DNA of 63,042 nt, filler included, from Chiloscyllium plagiosum (lineage: Eukaryota): assembly GCF_004010195.1 (NCBI RefSeq). It is 5 parts of one record of this genome, joined end to end, with 100 filler letters (N's around TTAATTAATTAA, not from the genome) between each part and the next. Parts side by side here need not be neighbours in the genome. Positions count along the whole stretch, not along the records: positions 34,457 to 56,582 come from NC_057716.1; 4 more parts are not named here. One strand, given 5' to 3'. The notes under the pieces were generated by a model. It saw nothing but the letters and a program-made list of their open reading frames with translations, was not told the origin of the DNA and ran no database searches. Within the stretch, counting starts at the first letter, position 1; every line of letters starts with the position of its first letter. This document shows, piece by piece, positions 39,201 through 51,194 of this stretch. The position numbers and the translations under genes were made by a program.

Positions 39201-40145
39201 AAAGGCTTTTGACAAGGTACCGTACAAGAGGCTGCTGCATAAGATAAGGATGCATGGTGTTAGGGGTAAAGGATTAGCGTGGATAGAGGATTGGTTGACT
39301 AACAAGAAGTAAAGAGTGGAGATTAATGAGTACTATTCTGGTTGGCAATCAGTGACTGGTGGTGTTCTGCAGGGATCGGTGTTGGGACCACAATTATTTA
39401 CAATTTATATTGATGATTTGGAGTTGGGGACCATGTGTAGGGTGTCAAAGTTTGCAGATGACACTAAGATGAGTGACAGAGTAAAGTGTGCAGAGGACTG
39501 AGAAACTTTGCAGAGGGACATAGATACATTGAGTGAGTGAGCAAAGGTCTGGCAGATGGACTACAACATTAGTAAATGTGAAGCCATCCATTTTGGTCGG
39601 AATAACAGTAAAAGGATTATTACTTGAATGGTAAAATATTGCACCATGCTGCTGTGCAGAGGGACCTGGGTGTTCACTGGGTTGATTCCAGAGTTGAGGG
39701 GGTGGGTTTATGAGGAGAGACTGAGTAGACTGGGATTATATTCATTGGAATTCAGAAGAATGAGGGGGGATCATATAGAAATATATAAAGTTATTAAGAG
39801 AATTGATAAGATAGAAGCAGAGAGGATATTTCCACTGGTGGGTGAAACTAGGACACAAGGGCATGGCCTCAAAATTACGGGGAGCGGGTTTCGGACTGAA
39901 TTGAGAAGGAACTTCTTCACCCAGACGGTTGTGAATCTTTGGAATTCCCTGCCCAGGGAAATGGTTGATGCTACTTCAGCCAACACTTTTCAAGCTTTTT
40001 TTTGAACAATAAAGGAATTAAGGAATATGGTGAGAGGGCGGGTAAGTGGAGCTGAGACCGTGAAAAGCTCAGCCATGATCTTATTGAATGGCAGAGCAGG
40101 CCCGAGGGGCCAGACGGCCTAGTTCTAATGTTCTTACGTGTTTAT
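36208..40145 (+). mobile_element. Near-full-length decayed CR1: ORF1 Cys-rich region + SGNH esterase, ORF2 APE endonuclease + RT, 3' UTR
   Basis: [75 protein letters not shown]; many stops and frameshifts. Confidence 0.92.
38192..38370. repeat. 44-bp tandem repeat x4 within CR1 ORF2
   Basis: gaagga... unit starts at 38192, 38236, 38280, 38324. Confidence 0.9.
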
Positions 40146-41083
40146 GTTATCCTTACTCAATTGTAATCCCATTACCTCTGATTCCAGCTTCTCCCTCTCA
40201 AACTGCAGGGTGTATTTTATCATATTATGGTCGCTGTCTCTGAGGGGTTCCTTCACCTGAAGCTCTCTAAACCTACCTCATTCCACATCACCAAATCCAG
40301 AATTGCCTGTTCCCTCATGGGCTCTACCACAAGCTGCCCCAAAATACCATCGCATAGACATTCCATGAATTCCTTCACTAGCGAGCTGCTACCAACCTGA
40401 TTTCCCCAGCCCACCTGCTTATTGAAGTCCCTCGTGATTATTGTAACAATCCCTTTCTGACTTGCCTTTTCTATCTCTTGATTTATTTTCTTCCCCACAT
40501 CCTGACTATTGCTGGGAGGATTGCACACAATTCCCATCAGGATCTTTTTTCCCCTTTGTGTTTCCTCAATGCTACTCACACGGATTCTACACCTTCCAAC
40601 CACTTCTTGCTATCAATGGAATTTCTTTTCTTACCGACAAGGAAACCCCATTCCCTCTGTCCATCTGCCTGTCCTTTCGATAGGATATCTACCTTTGGAT
40701 ATTTAGTTCCCTGCCCTGCTCCCCTTGCAGCCATGTCTCTATATTGTACCCACCAAGTTCAATCTTCACTGCAAGCTCATTTACTTTGTTTCATGTACTG
40801 TGTGTATTTAAGTCTAACACCCTCAGTCCTGCATTGACTGCCCCCCTTCTCATAGTTATTCCTTGTCTGCTGGGCCTGAAGTTAGATTCCTGGGCCTTTC
40901 CATAGTCTGTGTCCAATTTAGTTGTTCTGGAAATGTTAAAAACCAGAGCACAGTGAACCATGAACTGAAACCCATTCCACCCACACCAATCCGAAACCAC
41001 ACCTTTAACTCCTGCTGTTATTTGCCCTGTGTTAATTTGTTCATGGCTCTGGTAGTCATCCAGGGATGATTACTTTACTTTTT

Positions 41084-42040
41084 AGGAGAAAGTGAGGTCT
41101 GCAGATGCTGGAGATCAGAGCTGAAAATGTGTTGCTGGAAAAGCGCAGCAGGTCAGGCAGCATCCAAGGAGCAGGAGAATCGACGTTTCGGGCATAAGCC
41201 CTTCTTCAGGAATGAGGACAGTTTGTCCAGCAGGCTAAGATAAAAGGTAGGGAGAAGGGACTTGGGGGAGGGGCGTTGGAAATGTGATAGGTGGAAAGAG
41301 GTCAAGGTGAGGGTGAGAGGACCAGTGGGGTTCTGTCCTGGTGAGGACCAGTGGGGTTCTGTCCTGGTGAGGACCAGTGGGGTTCTGTCCTGGTGAGGAC
41401 CAGTGGGGTTCTGTCCTGGTGAGGACCAGTGGGGTTCTGTCCTGGTGAGGACCAGTGGGGTTCTGTCCTGGTGAGGACCAGTGGGGTTCTGTCCTGGTGA
41501 GGACCAGTGGGGTTCTGTCCTGGTGAGGACCAGTGGGGTTCTGTCCTGGTGAGGACCAGTGGGGTTCTGTCCTGGTGAGGACCAGTGGGGTTCTGTCCTG
41601 GTGAGGACCAGTGGGGTTCTGTCCTGGTGAGGACCAGTGGGGTTCTGTCCTGGTGAGGACCAGTGGGGTTCTGTCCTGGTGAGGACCAGTGGGGTTCTGT
41701 CCTGGTGAGGACCAGTGGGGTTCTGTCCTGGTGAGGACCAGTGGGGTTCTGTCCTGGTGAGGACCAGTGGGGTTCTGTCCTGGTGAGGACCAGTGGGGTT
41801 CTGTCCTGGTGAGGACCAGTGGGGTTCTGTCCTGGTGGCGGTTGGAGGAGCGGGAAGTGGAAGAGATGCGGTGGAGGGCATCGTCGACCACGTCGGGGGG
41901 GAAATTGCGGTCCTTGAAGAAGGAGGCCATCTGGGTTGTACGTTTTTGGAACTGGTCCTCCTGGGAGCAGATGTGGTGGAGACGAAGGAATTGGGAGAAT
42001 GGGATGGCGTTTTTACAGGGGGCAGGGTGGGAGGAGGTGT
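41084..42040 (-). mobile_element. Internally deleted Penelope-like element with 16-bp target duplication and hammerhead motif (41178-41213)
   Basis: MASFFKDRNFPPDVVDDALHRISS; TACTTTRCTTTTTAGG at 41071-41086 and 42040-42055; CTGAAGA-agggcttatgccc-GAAA-cgtc. Confidence 0.88.
41317..41836. repeat. 26-bp perfect minisatellite x20 (GAGGACCAGTGGGGTTCTGTCCTGGT)
   Basis: 520 bp / 26; the unit corresponds to PLE QDRTPLVL. Confidence 0.97.
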
Positions 42041-43380
42041 ACTTTGCTTTTTAGGTTAGCTCCTAACTGTTCAAAATAGTTCAGAGGAACTACTTTACTG
42101 GTCCTACCAATATCATTGGGACCAACGCGGGTGATGACGCATGGATCCTTCTCCTCCTCCTCTCCAGTCCTGAGGAGATGTCCTTAACCCTGACATTGGG
42201 CAGGATACACAGGCTTCAACATTCCCACTCCTGGCTGCAGACAACAGAATCCATCTCTCAGATCATATTGCCCCCTTCCACTGGGACACTCTTATTTCCT
42301 TCTAATAACATGAATAGCTGGCAGTGCCCCACTCTCCCTGCAATCCCCACTCTCAACCACACAGGTTCCAACAGCCTGTAAGTGTTGGGCGATAAGAGAG
42401 ACAGATGCTCATTGAGAGCTATTTCTTGGGTCCCCCGATCTGCCTCAGCCTCCTGTCCCTGATCACAGATCACATCTGGACTATTGAATCGTCTATAGGG
42501 TAGGCCATTCAGTATAGTGAGAGGGTGATGACCCTGTGGGATTTTCCAACACAAGAGAGCTGTGGAGGCCAGGTCACTGGGCATATTTTAAAAAGAGTTT
42601 CATCCTTTTGAAATATTAAAGGCGTCAGGGGTTTGGGGAGAAATTGGGAGTGTGGCATTGACATCGAGCGTCACCCATGGTCATTTTGAAATACATAGCA
42701 GGCTCGAAGGGCTGAATGGCCTATTTCTACTCCAAGTTTCCATATTGGCCAGTTTGCCTTCTGTTCTCTTCCAATCATGATGTACTATTGGAGCTGCTCC
42801 AGTTGGAGGTACTGAGGTCAGTTTAGTGTCCCCTACAGTGTTAATGTCCTAGACATCAACCTGCCCAAATGTCATTGATGTGCAGGTTGGTGTAGCAGCT
42901 GAAGAGGTTGAACAGTTTGGGAAGAGGGTGGGGAGTTTTAACCAATCACAGGAGGATAAACAGAAGCATGAATTGGTGCTGTGAGCCATCATTTTCCACA
43001 CGCTCATTCCAAGAGCAATTGCCATAGCAGCAGCCTAGCTCTTGAAGCCCTGCTGCATTGGAAGGGTTAATGTTTAACAGTGAGGAACTGGAGAGAAAAC
43101 CTCACAGTTGCCGTTGATGCTGTTTGCCAAAATGAACAAACCACACATCCACTGGGACTCAGCCTGGGAGTTCCCATCCACCGATGACGAATGCAGCATC
43201 TACAACTCCCATTCCTCTGTGAGTCATGTGTGGCTGCTGCTATATCAGCTCAGACCCTGTGGTTCTGATGTTACTGCCCTTATATCATCACCATCGTTCT
43301 GGCAAGGCAGGCTCTGACGTTAACTTCATAACTGTGTGAAACTCTGTGAGGGCAGTAAATCCAACCAACCTCACTGCCAC

Positions 43381-43584
43381 AGATCAGGATGGGGAAATGT
43401 GCAGGAGAGTGAGGAGATCGGGATGGGGAAATGTGCAGGAGAGTGAGGAGATCGGGATGGGGAAATGCAACCGCGAGTGAGGAGATCAGGATGGGGAAAT
43501 GTGCAGGAGAGTGAGGAGATCGGGATGGGGAAATGTGCAGGAGAGTGAGGAGATCGGGATGGGGAAATGTGCAGGAGAGTGAGG
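43381..43584. repeat. 34-bp purine-rich minisatellite x6
   Basis: AGATCGGGATGGGGAAATGTGCAGGAGAGTGAGG. Confidence 0.95.
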
Positions 43585-46331
43585 ATCAGTAACAGATCCC
43601 AGGATCAGTGATCCATGCTGGGTGTGGAGGGATCAGTAACAGATCCCAGGATCAGTGATCCATGCTGGGTGTGGAGGGATCAGTAACAGATCCCAGGATC
43701 AGTGATCCATGCTGGGTGTGGAGGGATCAGTAACAGATCCCAGGATCAGTGATCCATGCTGGGTGTGGAGGGATCAGTAACAGATCCCAGGATCAGTGAT
43801 CCATGCTGGGTGTGGAGGGATCAGTAACAGATCCCAGGATCAGTGATCCATGCTGGGTGTGGAGGGATCAGTAACAGATCCCAGGATCAGTGATCCATGC
43901 TGGGTGTGGAGGGATCAGTAACAGATCCCAGGATCAGTGATCCATGCTGGGTGTGGAGGGATCAGTAACAGATCCCAGGATCAGTGATCCATGCTGGGTG
44001 TGGAGGGATCAGTAACAGATCCCAGGATCAGTGATCCATGCTGGGTGTGGAGGGATCAGTAACAGATCCCAGGATCAGTGATCCATGCTGGGTGTGGAGG
44101 GATCAGTAACAGATCCCAGGATCAGTGATCCATGCTGGGTGTGGAGGGATCAGTAACAGATCCCAGGATCAGTGATCCATGCTGGGTGTGGAGGGATCAG
44201 TAACAGATCCCAGGATCAGTGATCCATGCTGGGTGTGGAGGGATCAGTAACAGATCCCAGGATCAGTGATCCATGCTGGGTGTGGAGGGATCAGTAACAG
44301 ATCCCAGGATCAGTGATCCATGCTGGGTGTGGAGGGATCAGTAACAGATCCCAGGATCAGTGATCCATGCTGGGTGTGGAGGGATCAGTAACAGATCCCA
44401 GGATCAGTGATCCATGCTGGGTGTGGAGGGATCAGTAACAGATCCCAGGATCAGTGATCCATGCTGGGTGTGGAGGGATCAGTAACAGATCCCAGGATCA
44501 GTGATCCATGCTGGGTGTGGAGGGATCAGTAACAGATCCCAGGATCAGTGATCCATGCTGGGTGTGGAGGGATCAGTAACAGATCCCAGGATCAGTGATC
44601 CATGCTGGGTGTGGAGGGATCAGTAACAGATCCCAGGATCAGTGATCCATGCTGGGTGTGGAGGGATCAGTAACAGATCCCAGGATCAGTGATCCATGCT
44701 GGGTGTGGAGGGATCAGTAACAGATCCCAGGATCAGTGATCCATGCTGGGTGTGGAGGGATCAGTAACAGATCCCAGGATCAGTGATCCATGCTGGGTGT
44801 GGAGGGATCAGTAACAGATCCCAGGATCAGTGATCCATGCTGGGTGTGGAGGGATCAGTAACAGATCCCAGGATCAGTGATCCATGCTGGGTGTGGAGGG
44901 ATCAGTAACAGATCCCAGGATCAGTGATCCATGCTGGGTGTGGAGGGATCAGTAACAGATCCCAGGATCAGTGATCCATGCTGGGTGTGGAGGGATCAGT
45001 AACAGATCCCAGGATCAGTGATCCATGCTGGGTGTGGAGGGATCAGTAACAGATCCCAGGATCAGTGATCCATGCTGGGTGTGGAGGGATCAGTAACAGA
45101 TCCCAGGATCAGTGATCCATGCTGGGTGTGGAGGGATCAGTAACAGATCCCAGGATCAGTGATCCATGCTGGGTGTGGAGGGATCAGTAACAGATCCCAG
45201 GATCAGTGATCCATGCTGGGTGTGGAGGGATCAGTAACAGATCCCAGGATCAGTGATCCATGCTGGGTGTGGAGGGATCAGTAACAGATCCCAGGATCAG
45301 TGATCCATGCTGGGTGTGGAGGGATCAGTAACAGATCCCAGGATCAGTGATCCATGCTGGGTGTGGAGGGATCAGTAACAGATCCCAGGATCAGTGATCC
45401 ATGCTGGGTGTGGAGGGATCAGTAACAGATCCCAGGATCAGTGATCCATGCTGGGTGTGGAGGGATCAGTAACAGATCCCAGGATCAGTGATCCATGCTG
45501 GGTGTGGAGGGATCAGTAACAGATCCCAGGATCAGTGATCCATGCTGGGTGTGGAGGGATCAGTAACAGATCCCAGGATCAGTGATCCATGCTGGGTGTG
45601 GAGGGATCAGTAACAGATCCCAGGATCAGTGATCCATGCTGGGTGTGGAGGGATCAGTAACAGATCCCAGGATCAGTGATCCATGCTGGGTGTGGAGGGA
45701 TCAGTAACAGATCCCAGGATCAGTGATCCATGCTGGGTGTGGAGGGATCAGTAACAGATCCCAGGATCAGTGATCCATGCTGGGTGTGGAGGGATCAGTA
45801 ACAGATCCCAGGATCAGTGATCCATGCTGGGTGTGGAGGGATCAGTAACAGATCCCAGGATCAGTGATCCATGCTGGGTGTGGAGGGATCAGTAACAGAT
45901 CCCAGGATCAGTGATCCATGCTGGGTGTGGAGGGATCAGTAACAGATCCCAGGATCAGTGATCCATGCTGGGTGTGGAGGGATCAGTAACAGATCCCAGG
46001 ATCAGTGATCCATGCTGGGTGTGGAGGGATCAGTAACAGATCCCAGGATCAGTGATCCATGCTGGGTGTGGAGGGATCAGTAACAGATCCCAGGATCAGT
46101 GATCCATGCTGGGTGTGGAGGGATCAGTAACAGATCCCAGGATCAGTGATCCATGCTGGGTGTGGAGGGATCAGTAACAGATCCCAGGATCAGTGATCCA
46201 TGCTGGGTGTGGAGGGATCAGTAACAGATCCCAGGATCAGTGATCCATGCTGGGTGTGGAGGGATCAGTAACAGATCCCAGGATCAGTGATCCATGCTGG
46301 GTGTGGAGGGATCAGTAACAGATCCCAGGAT
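43583..46331. repeat. 47-bp apparently perfect minisatellite, about 58.5 copies (GGATCAGTAACAGATCCCAGGATCAGTGATCCATGCTGGGTGTGGAG)
   Basis: Direct reading; no spacers; no variant unit noticed. Confidence 0.97.
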
Positions 46332-46492
46332 GCTGTCCTTTCCGATTCCCTGTCTGCCTGAATGTTGATGGGTTTGTGTGACTGGCTGTTGTCCCGGGTT
46401 TTCTCTGTGTTTCTGTGAATTCCTTTCCCACATTCTGTGTTAGTGGAACATTACAAACATCATTCACTGTTGTTATTGAAGAGATTCCTTAC

Positions 46493-46528
46493 CTGTGGTA
46501 CTTCTTACTGTTGTCCAAGGCGATGTAG
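46493..46528 (-). CDS. Candidate symmetric 36-nt exon (YIALDNSKKYH in phase 2, or TSPWTTVRSTT in phase 1)
   Basis: tttgttactttccacag| acceptor and CAG|gtaagg donor, both strong. Confidence 0.45.
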
Positions 46529-47039
46529 CTGTGGAAAGTAACAAAGCAGAAGATGCTGTATAAATGTGTAATGATGCTGCGGTGCTGATTGACCCGGAGT
46601 TTGAGAACGTGTCCTGGATGAGCTTCATGGTATCTATCCCTTACGGTGGCCCACAGCTGGAGCCACAGAAAGCTCCTATCCCAGTCACTGCTGCTGGTCC
46701 TTCCACCGTCAGAATGACTCCGAGGAAATCCAAACCTCCCTTATATTTCAAACATCCATCCACCTCCTCTTGAAATACTTTCATTGATCTAGCCTCCATA
46801 ATGCTCTGGGGTACACTCAGTCAGGGGCTGTGCTGGAAACGAGCAGGTTTCACAAGTCATGTGACCAGCAGAGAGTGGCTGAGAGGGTGAGGCATCACTT
46901 TGGCCCATACATTCCGGCCTGGAAGCTGTCCCCTGGCCTGGAGAGTAGGCCTGGTATCCAAGGAGTACTGAAGACCCAAACACTGCAGCACTGTCATGTT
47001 CCCCTCCTTCCTGCCTCCTCCACCAAAACAAATAGTGGA

Positions 47040-47520
47040 GGGGTAGAGAGAAATGCTGTTGGAAAATTTGTTGGTAGCAGGGGGATTAGTGAGGTTTTGG
47101 CCTGAGAGGATTCGGAGAGCAGCAGCTCCGTTAAAAGGTCAAGGTGAGGTCAGGTAAAGTCCTTTTAACTATCCTCTTTAGTTTTACAGCAGCTAAGATG
47201 GCAGTTAGGGCAGTCGTATGTTCCTCCTGCAGGATGTGGGAGCTCAGGGAGAATCCCATCATCCCTGATGACTACACGTGTGCGAAGTGCACCCAGCTGC
47301 AGCTCCGGGGAGACCGTGTTAGGGAGCTGGAGCTGGATGTACTCGGGATCATCGGAGAGGCTTGAGCACTTCAGAGGTAAGAGTTTCAGTGATGTGGTCA
47401 CACCGAAGGTACAGGCAGAGAGTAGCTGGGTGACCACCAGGAAAGGGAAAGGGAGTTGGCTGAGAGTGCAGGAATCTCCTGGGGCCATTCCCCTCGAAAC
47501 CCAGGATACCGTTTTGGATA
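47040..47520 (+). mobile_element. CR1 5' UTR and ORF1 N-terminal CxxC...CxxC region only
   Basis: MAVRAVVCSSCRMWEL...YTCAKCTQLQL..RVRELEL. Confidence 0.85.
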
Positions 47521-47852
47521 CTGAGACACATGCGCACTCACACACACACACCCACACACACACACACACACTCTCTCACACACACACTTGCACATACCGA
47601 TGCACTCTCACACACACACAGACGCACTCACACAGATTTGCATGCACACACAGACGAATGCACACACAGACGCACTCACACACACACATTTGCATGCACA
47701 CACAGATGCACTCTCATACACACACACTCACACACACCGATGCACTTGGACACCACACAGTCTCACTCACACACACACATTTGCATGCACACACACACAG
47801 ACGCACTCACACACACAGATACACACAGACACACACACACACACACACACAC
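47521..47852. repeat. (CA)n-rich compound microsatellite
   Basis: Direct reading. Confidence 0.92.
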
Positions 47853-47923
47853 AGGAGTACGCCCAATCCTTGGTTCGTTGTTGGGAATGTGAGAGGGAAC
47901 TTGGAGAGAGTTGCTCACCTTAC

Positions 47924-48025
47924 CTGACCTGCAATAACCTTGCATCAGAATCACCCCAAGTTTTAAACTGGTTTCTTTTGAAATTACCAGCTTCTTCAAA
48001 ATCCAGGCGTTGCCACACGCGATCT
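47924..48025 (-). CDS. Candidate symmetric 102-nt exon (DRVWQRLDFEEAGNFKRNQFKTWGDSDARLLQV in phase 2)
   Basis: CAG|gtaagg donor; weak ttgtaccaatgcag| acceptor; two frames open. Confidence 0.3.
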
Positions 48026-48289
48026 CTGCATTGGTACAATTATCACTGATCAGATACTATCACCCAGGAGCGTGCAAGGCTGCTTAGCAACATGTTCTGT
48101 GCTCCAGGCACCAGCTCGTAACCTGATGCAGAATGACAAGTGTGATGTGAAATAGATACCGAAATACATGACTCATTAGTGGAACGTGAGGCCTGAGAAT
48201 GATTAATCACATTACACAATGTCACACACTGGCTGCATATTGTTCTTTTTGCAAGTATATAGTTACTTTTGTTGACACATTGCAATTAA

Positions 48290-48470
48290 GCCCAGGGCAG
48301 GGACAACACGGGGTTAGATGCAGAGTAAAGCTCCCTATACACTGACCCACATCAAACAGGACAGGGACAGCGCTGGGTTAGATACAGAGTAAAGCTCCCT
48401 CTACACTGACCCCCATCAAACACTCCCAGGACAGGGACAGCACGGGGTTAGATACAGAGTAAAGCTCTCT
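48290..48470. repeat. 69-bp minisatellite family in reverse orientation, about 2.5 copies
   Basis: Reverse complement of the 11422-11927 unit. Confidence 0.88.
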
Positions 48471-49914
48471 CTAACCTTTTAAATTAAAAGTAACTGAAAA
48501 GTAAAGCTCTGATTGACCATCAGTCTGTGTATTCTGGTCTGAATTGCAGAGATTGAGAAGTGTTGAGCAGCAAATGGCTTGAATTTGTAATTTCTCTGTT
48601 CCTGTTAGGTCTCAATCTCGTGCGTTTCTTGTTTTGAAGATCACATGGGTGGTGTGAGTGTGCTGAAAGGTCTGTGTTTAATATTGAATGAGCCTTTCAG
48701 GGTTACCCAGCGAGTCTTCCCCTTTCGGTCGTTGTGTGCGTGCGAAGCCGTACTCACCATCATTTGGCCTCAATGTCCATTGAGTGTAGTGAAGGGGAAA
48801 ATGGCAGGCTCTCTGCTTTGACACGCACAGCATGAGAACGTAGCAGCAATGAATTAAACTCTCATGAGCTTACCCTGCCCGTCTTCTGCTCCTGATCATT
48901 GTCTGATTATCAAATCAGCTTGAATCAGAACAGAGTCAGCTTTCCAAAAACTGCAACTCAATATGCTGTTGGGGACTCAGCCTCAGAGAGTAGCTCAGTA
49001 TTCAGTTATTCCCCGGATTGAAGGGGCAGCAGGAATTGAGAGACTTTGCAGGCATCTGCGCACAAATCATTGACAACGATAGTACAAGTTGAGAAGGCTA
49101 TTAAAAATCTATACGGGACCCAACGTTTTATTTATTCTGTAATTAAGTTCAGGAAGTAATTCAGTTACGCTAGACCCTTTTTATAAATTTCTGGTTAGGC
49201 CGGATAAAAACCGAAAAAAACTGCAGATGCTGTAAATCAGAAACAAAAACACAAAGTGCTGGAAAAGCTCAGCAGGTCAGGCAGCATCTGTGGCGAGAAA
49301 GCAGAGTTGCCGTTTTTAGGTCCGGTGACCCTGCCTCAGAATAGGATAGTGCTACCAGACCTGCTAAGCTTTTCCAGCAATTTGTGTTTTTGTTTTTGGT
49401 TAGGCCAGTGTCGGGAATGTGTCCAGTTCTGGACACCACTCTGTGAAGGATAGGACAGTGCATTGGAGCGTCTGGGATTACCCCATTTCAAGGTCAGGGA
49501 TTCAGTGGGAGGTGTTTGAATTTCTGATCAGTGTAAACCAGCCAATGGTAGGGAGGACGGCAATGGGTGGCGATGGGTTTAAGGTAATTGCCAAAGTCAC
49601 TTGAGCAGACAGGTGGAGAGTTTTCTTTTTTTAACACATTGGGCTTTCTCGCTGAGAAGACGACTGAGGCAGGTTCAGTACTTTCTGAAATGTCTCTGGT
49701 TTTGCCTGTCACAGTTATTCACACTTTATAAAGAGCTGAACTCCACAATGGGACATGTCCCTGCGGGAACCAATCATTCCCCTTTACCCAGTTGACCGTC
49801 TTGCTCCAACACACTGGTCTGGTCCCAAAGCAGGACTCTCTCTGGATCTGTACATTAACCTCTCTCTCTCTGTATCCACTCTTCTATTGTTCCAGGCCAC
49901 TCAGCATAATATGC

Positions 49915-50083
49915 ACTCTGGATTAGTGGGGCTGGAAGAGCACAGCAGTTCAGGCAGCATCCGAGGAGCAGTAAAACGACGTTTCGGGCAAAAGCCCTTC
50001 ATCAGATGCTGCCTGAACTGCTGTGCTCTTCCAGCAGCACTAATCCAGAATCTGGTTTCCAGCATCTGCAGTCATTGTTTTTA
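49915..50083. mobile_element. Fold-back PLE terminal fragment with minus-strand hammerhead core (49977-50005)
   Basis: ctggattagtg..gcagcatc / gatgctgc..cactaatccag inverted arms; CTGATGA-agggcttttgccc-GAAA-cgtc. Confidence 0.78.
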
Positions 50084-50099
50084 CATAATACCCACTCTG

Positions 50100-50585
50100 A
50101 CTGGTCTCTTGCTTTTCTTTATTTTCAATCTTTTTGTCTCTTCCTCACTCACGCTGTCTGTCTTTGCCTCATGTTATGTCTCTCTCTGTCTGTCTTTCTG
50201 TTCACTGATATTCTCTCCCTATGTGCCTGTCTCTCTCACTTTTTCTGACACCGTATTTCTGTTTGGCTCCTTAGTCCACTTTGTCATTCTCTAATTGTCT
50301 GCCTCTTTCTTGGCCTCTTGCTCTCATTTCTCTCTGTTGCCTCCTGCTTTGTGTATTTCTCTCTATCTTTTACTATCTCACTCTCTCTCTTCCACTCTGC
50401 CTCTCTAACTCCCCTTCTGACACTCACCTGCTGTCTGCCTGTATTTTCCTCTGCATCGCCCTGTCTGTGTGTCTGTCTCTCTAACTGTCTCCAACAGTCT
50501 TTCTGTCTGTCCTCTGTTTCTCTGTCTGTCTCTCTAAATCTCCTCTGGTACTTTTCCTTTCTGTTGGTCCCTCTCCAGTCTCTGA
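50100..50585. repeat. CT-rich low-complexity tract
   Basis: Direct reading. Confidence 0.8.
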
Positions 50586-51194
50586 GAATGAATTGGAAAA
50601 ACACTTACGAAGAGAAGGGAATCGGAGTTTTTGCTGACTTGTGATTCGAACTTAACACCTTTTTGAATTTTGGAACATTAATGTTCCTTATTATTTTTCT
50701 TGGGATTGAGCTTGGCATGAGGGGAGATGATCTGCTTAGCATGACAGCCAAGTTCTGAGTGTGAGTGCTGGCAGGGTGGGCAGTGGGGCCTACATCCAAG
50801 CCATCCCAGGCCAGAGAACCAATGCTGTCCACTCTCTGCAGGCACTGGTTACTCCAGATAAGGATTGAAGCTGCAGGAGAATGAGAAATGGATAGTCTGA
50901 CCTGCAGTGAGTCTGCAGTGAGGATTTCAGTGTCGCTGACTCAGCTCTTCCTGTTTGCAACGTGGTCTGCTCCACTTAGCTACTGCCCTGAGAAACTTTC
51001 ATATCAGCAGTTGGAAACTCTGAGGAGGAGGCAATGTCTTTATCTGACTGCAGTTCCACCTCTATATCCACCAACTAGTAGTCAAATTATGGAAGGTTTT
51101 AACCTCTCAGTGCTGTTCAAAGCTCACCATCGGCAGTTTTCCTTCTCTCAAATCTTTATTCAAATCTTTAATCAATCTTTAATTTAATCAATTT

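Larger units (their letters stand above)
40150..42490 (-). mobile_element. Decayed CR1 5' half (APE + ORF1 remnants) split by a PLE insertion
   Basis: GIVCNPPSN..TRDFN..ILDLVM; WCGWNGFQFM..LRVLDLNT. Confidence 0.75.

Noticed and set aside
36208..40145. Intact or domesticated esterase/RT gene
   Set aside because: Numerous stops, frameshifts, deletions and nested inserts; ordinary dead CR1
43583..46331. CRISPR-like array (also 1-703 and 41317-41836)
   Set aside because: Identical head-to-tail units with no unique spacers, no cas genes, eukaryotic context
47924..48025. C-type lectin-like pattern (CGNAW...KTWGD...YCRS)
   Set aside because: Requires two frame switches and no other lectin motifs were found; likely coincidence
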